Shown here piece after piece: positions 63,287 to 64,000 of a stretch of DNA of 64,000 nt (position 1 is the stretch's first letter; each line of letters starts with the position of its first letter). The notes below the pieces were generated by a model that had not been told where the DNA came from, did not search any database, and saw only the letters and a program-made list of their open reading frames with translations. The stretch is taken from assembly GCA_947489685.1 (NCBI GenBank), contig CANLEM010000007.1:61310-125309 (forward strand), in the 5' to 3' direction. The translations under genes and the position numbers were made by a program. The stretch comes from an uncultured Aquimarina sp. GTDB taxonomy: Bacteria; Bacteroidota; Bacteroidia; Flavobacteriales; Flavobacteriaceae.

Positions 63287-63697
63287 ATGCTCTCAAAGAA
63301 AACTAAGTATGGGTTAAAAGCCCTTACCTATATTGCTAGAAAAAAATGCGATCACCCTGTTCAAATTTCGGAGATTGCCAGTAGTGAAAATATTTCTCAA
63401 AAATTTCTTGAAAGTATTTTATTGACCTTAAGAAAAAATGGTTTTTTAGGCTCAAAAAAAGGAAAAGGAGGAGGGTATTACCTTATTAGGGAGCCTAAGG
63501 ATATCATAATGGCTTCTATTATAAGGGTTTTAGAAGGACCAATAGCAATGTTACCTTGCGTAAGTCTTAATTTTTACGAAAAATGTGATGATTGCCCTGA
63601 TGAGGATAGATGTGCAGTACATAGTTTAATGATCGAAGTACGAGACAATACTTTAAAAGTTTTAGAAAACAAAACGCTTGCCGATTTTACAAATTAG
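63287..63697 (+). CDS. Rrf2-family transcriptional regulator with Cys cluster
   Basis: wHTH (ISQKFLESIL, SKKGKGGGY) and C-X8-C-X2-C-X5-C (CVSLNFYEKCDDCPDEDRC). Confidence 0.93.
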   Translation: MLSKKTKYGLKALTYIARKKCDHPVQISEIASSENISQKFLESILLTLRKNGFLGSKKGKGGGYYLIREPKDIIMASIIRVLEGPIAMLPCVSLNFYEKCDDCPDEDRCAVHSLMIEVRDNTLKVLENKTLADFTN

Positions 63698-63701
63698 AAA
63701 T

Positions 63702-63998
63702 TTACTTTTTTGAAGTTCTTTTGTACTTATGAGGACCTCTAATTTTCCCCCAGACCTGTTTTCCTTTTTTACTATAACCTCTGTTCCAAAGAGATATTTT
63801 ATCTCTACTTACTACAAAATCGGCAGTAATATAATCGATATAATCAATACTACTCGAACATGATTTTTTACGAGTTTTTCCTGTGTATATAGTCGAGGTG
63901 CTTTTTTTAAAATAAACCTGACAGCCATCTCTCATAATTAAATTATCTACTGTTAATGTGTCAAAAATACTTTCGTTTTTCCAACCCATTCGGTAATC
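63702..63998 (-). CDS. CpcT/CpeT (T-type bilin lyase)-like protein, C-terminal part only (gene begins beyond the window)
   Basis: The frame is open to the window edge. GCQVYF...YTGKT..KSC...SLWNRGY...QVWG...GP.KYKR matches the C-terminal pattern of CpcT/CpeT as I recall it. Confidence 0.75.
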   Translation of the reverse strand, partial: DYRMGWKNESIFDTLTVDNLIMRDGCQVYFKKSTSTIYTGKTRKKSCSSSIDYIDYITADFVVSRDKISLWNRGYSKKGKQVWGKIRGPHKYKRTSKK

Positions 63999-64000
63999 TT

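Overview
AT-rich bacterial DNA from a Flavobacteriaceae (Bacteroidota) genome. Evidence: TAnnTTTG/TTG -7/-33 promoters, A-rich leaders without Shine-Dalgarno motifs, SusC/SusD genes, signal peptides cleaved before Gln, and an rpsL-rpsG-fusA-rpsJ order without tuf. The genus cannot be fixed from the sequence alone. Layout: (1) 1-23.5 kb is housekeeping and envelope genes: adk 3' end, obgE, a paraoxonase-like arylesterase, fasciclin, DUF2459, a 2031-aa alpha-2-macroglobulin with intact CSEQ thioester motif, mpl, paiB, radC-DUF7033-yjjG-lipoprotein-DUF5723, rarA, rhomboid and rlmB. (2) 23.6-39.3 kb holds two SusC/SusD pairs with no CAZyme genes, separated by a 13-repeat FG-GAP/UnbV lipoprotein. 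(3) 39.7-56.9 kb is the complete str-S10-spc-alpha ribosomal supercluster, including rpmD and rpmJ, which the ORF track missed. (4) 57-64 kb holds carA, eno, gltA, two pentein hydrolases, an Rrf2 regulator and the C-terminal end of a CpcT/CpeT-like bilin lyase. I see no CRISPR array, tRNA, rRNA, transposase, integrase or prophage. The most unexplained signals are non-coding. Five enlarged spacers inside the ribosomal cluster fold into RNA structures, and the one between rpsJ and rplC has a terminator with a mutually exclusive anti-terminator fold. A 14-bp palindrome is shared by the eno and susC promoter regions. All RNA folds and family calls were made by eye and need computational confirmation.
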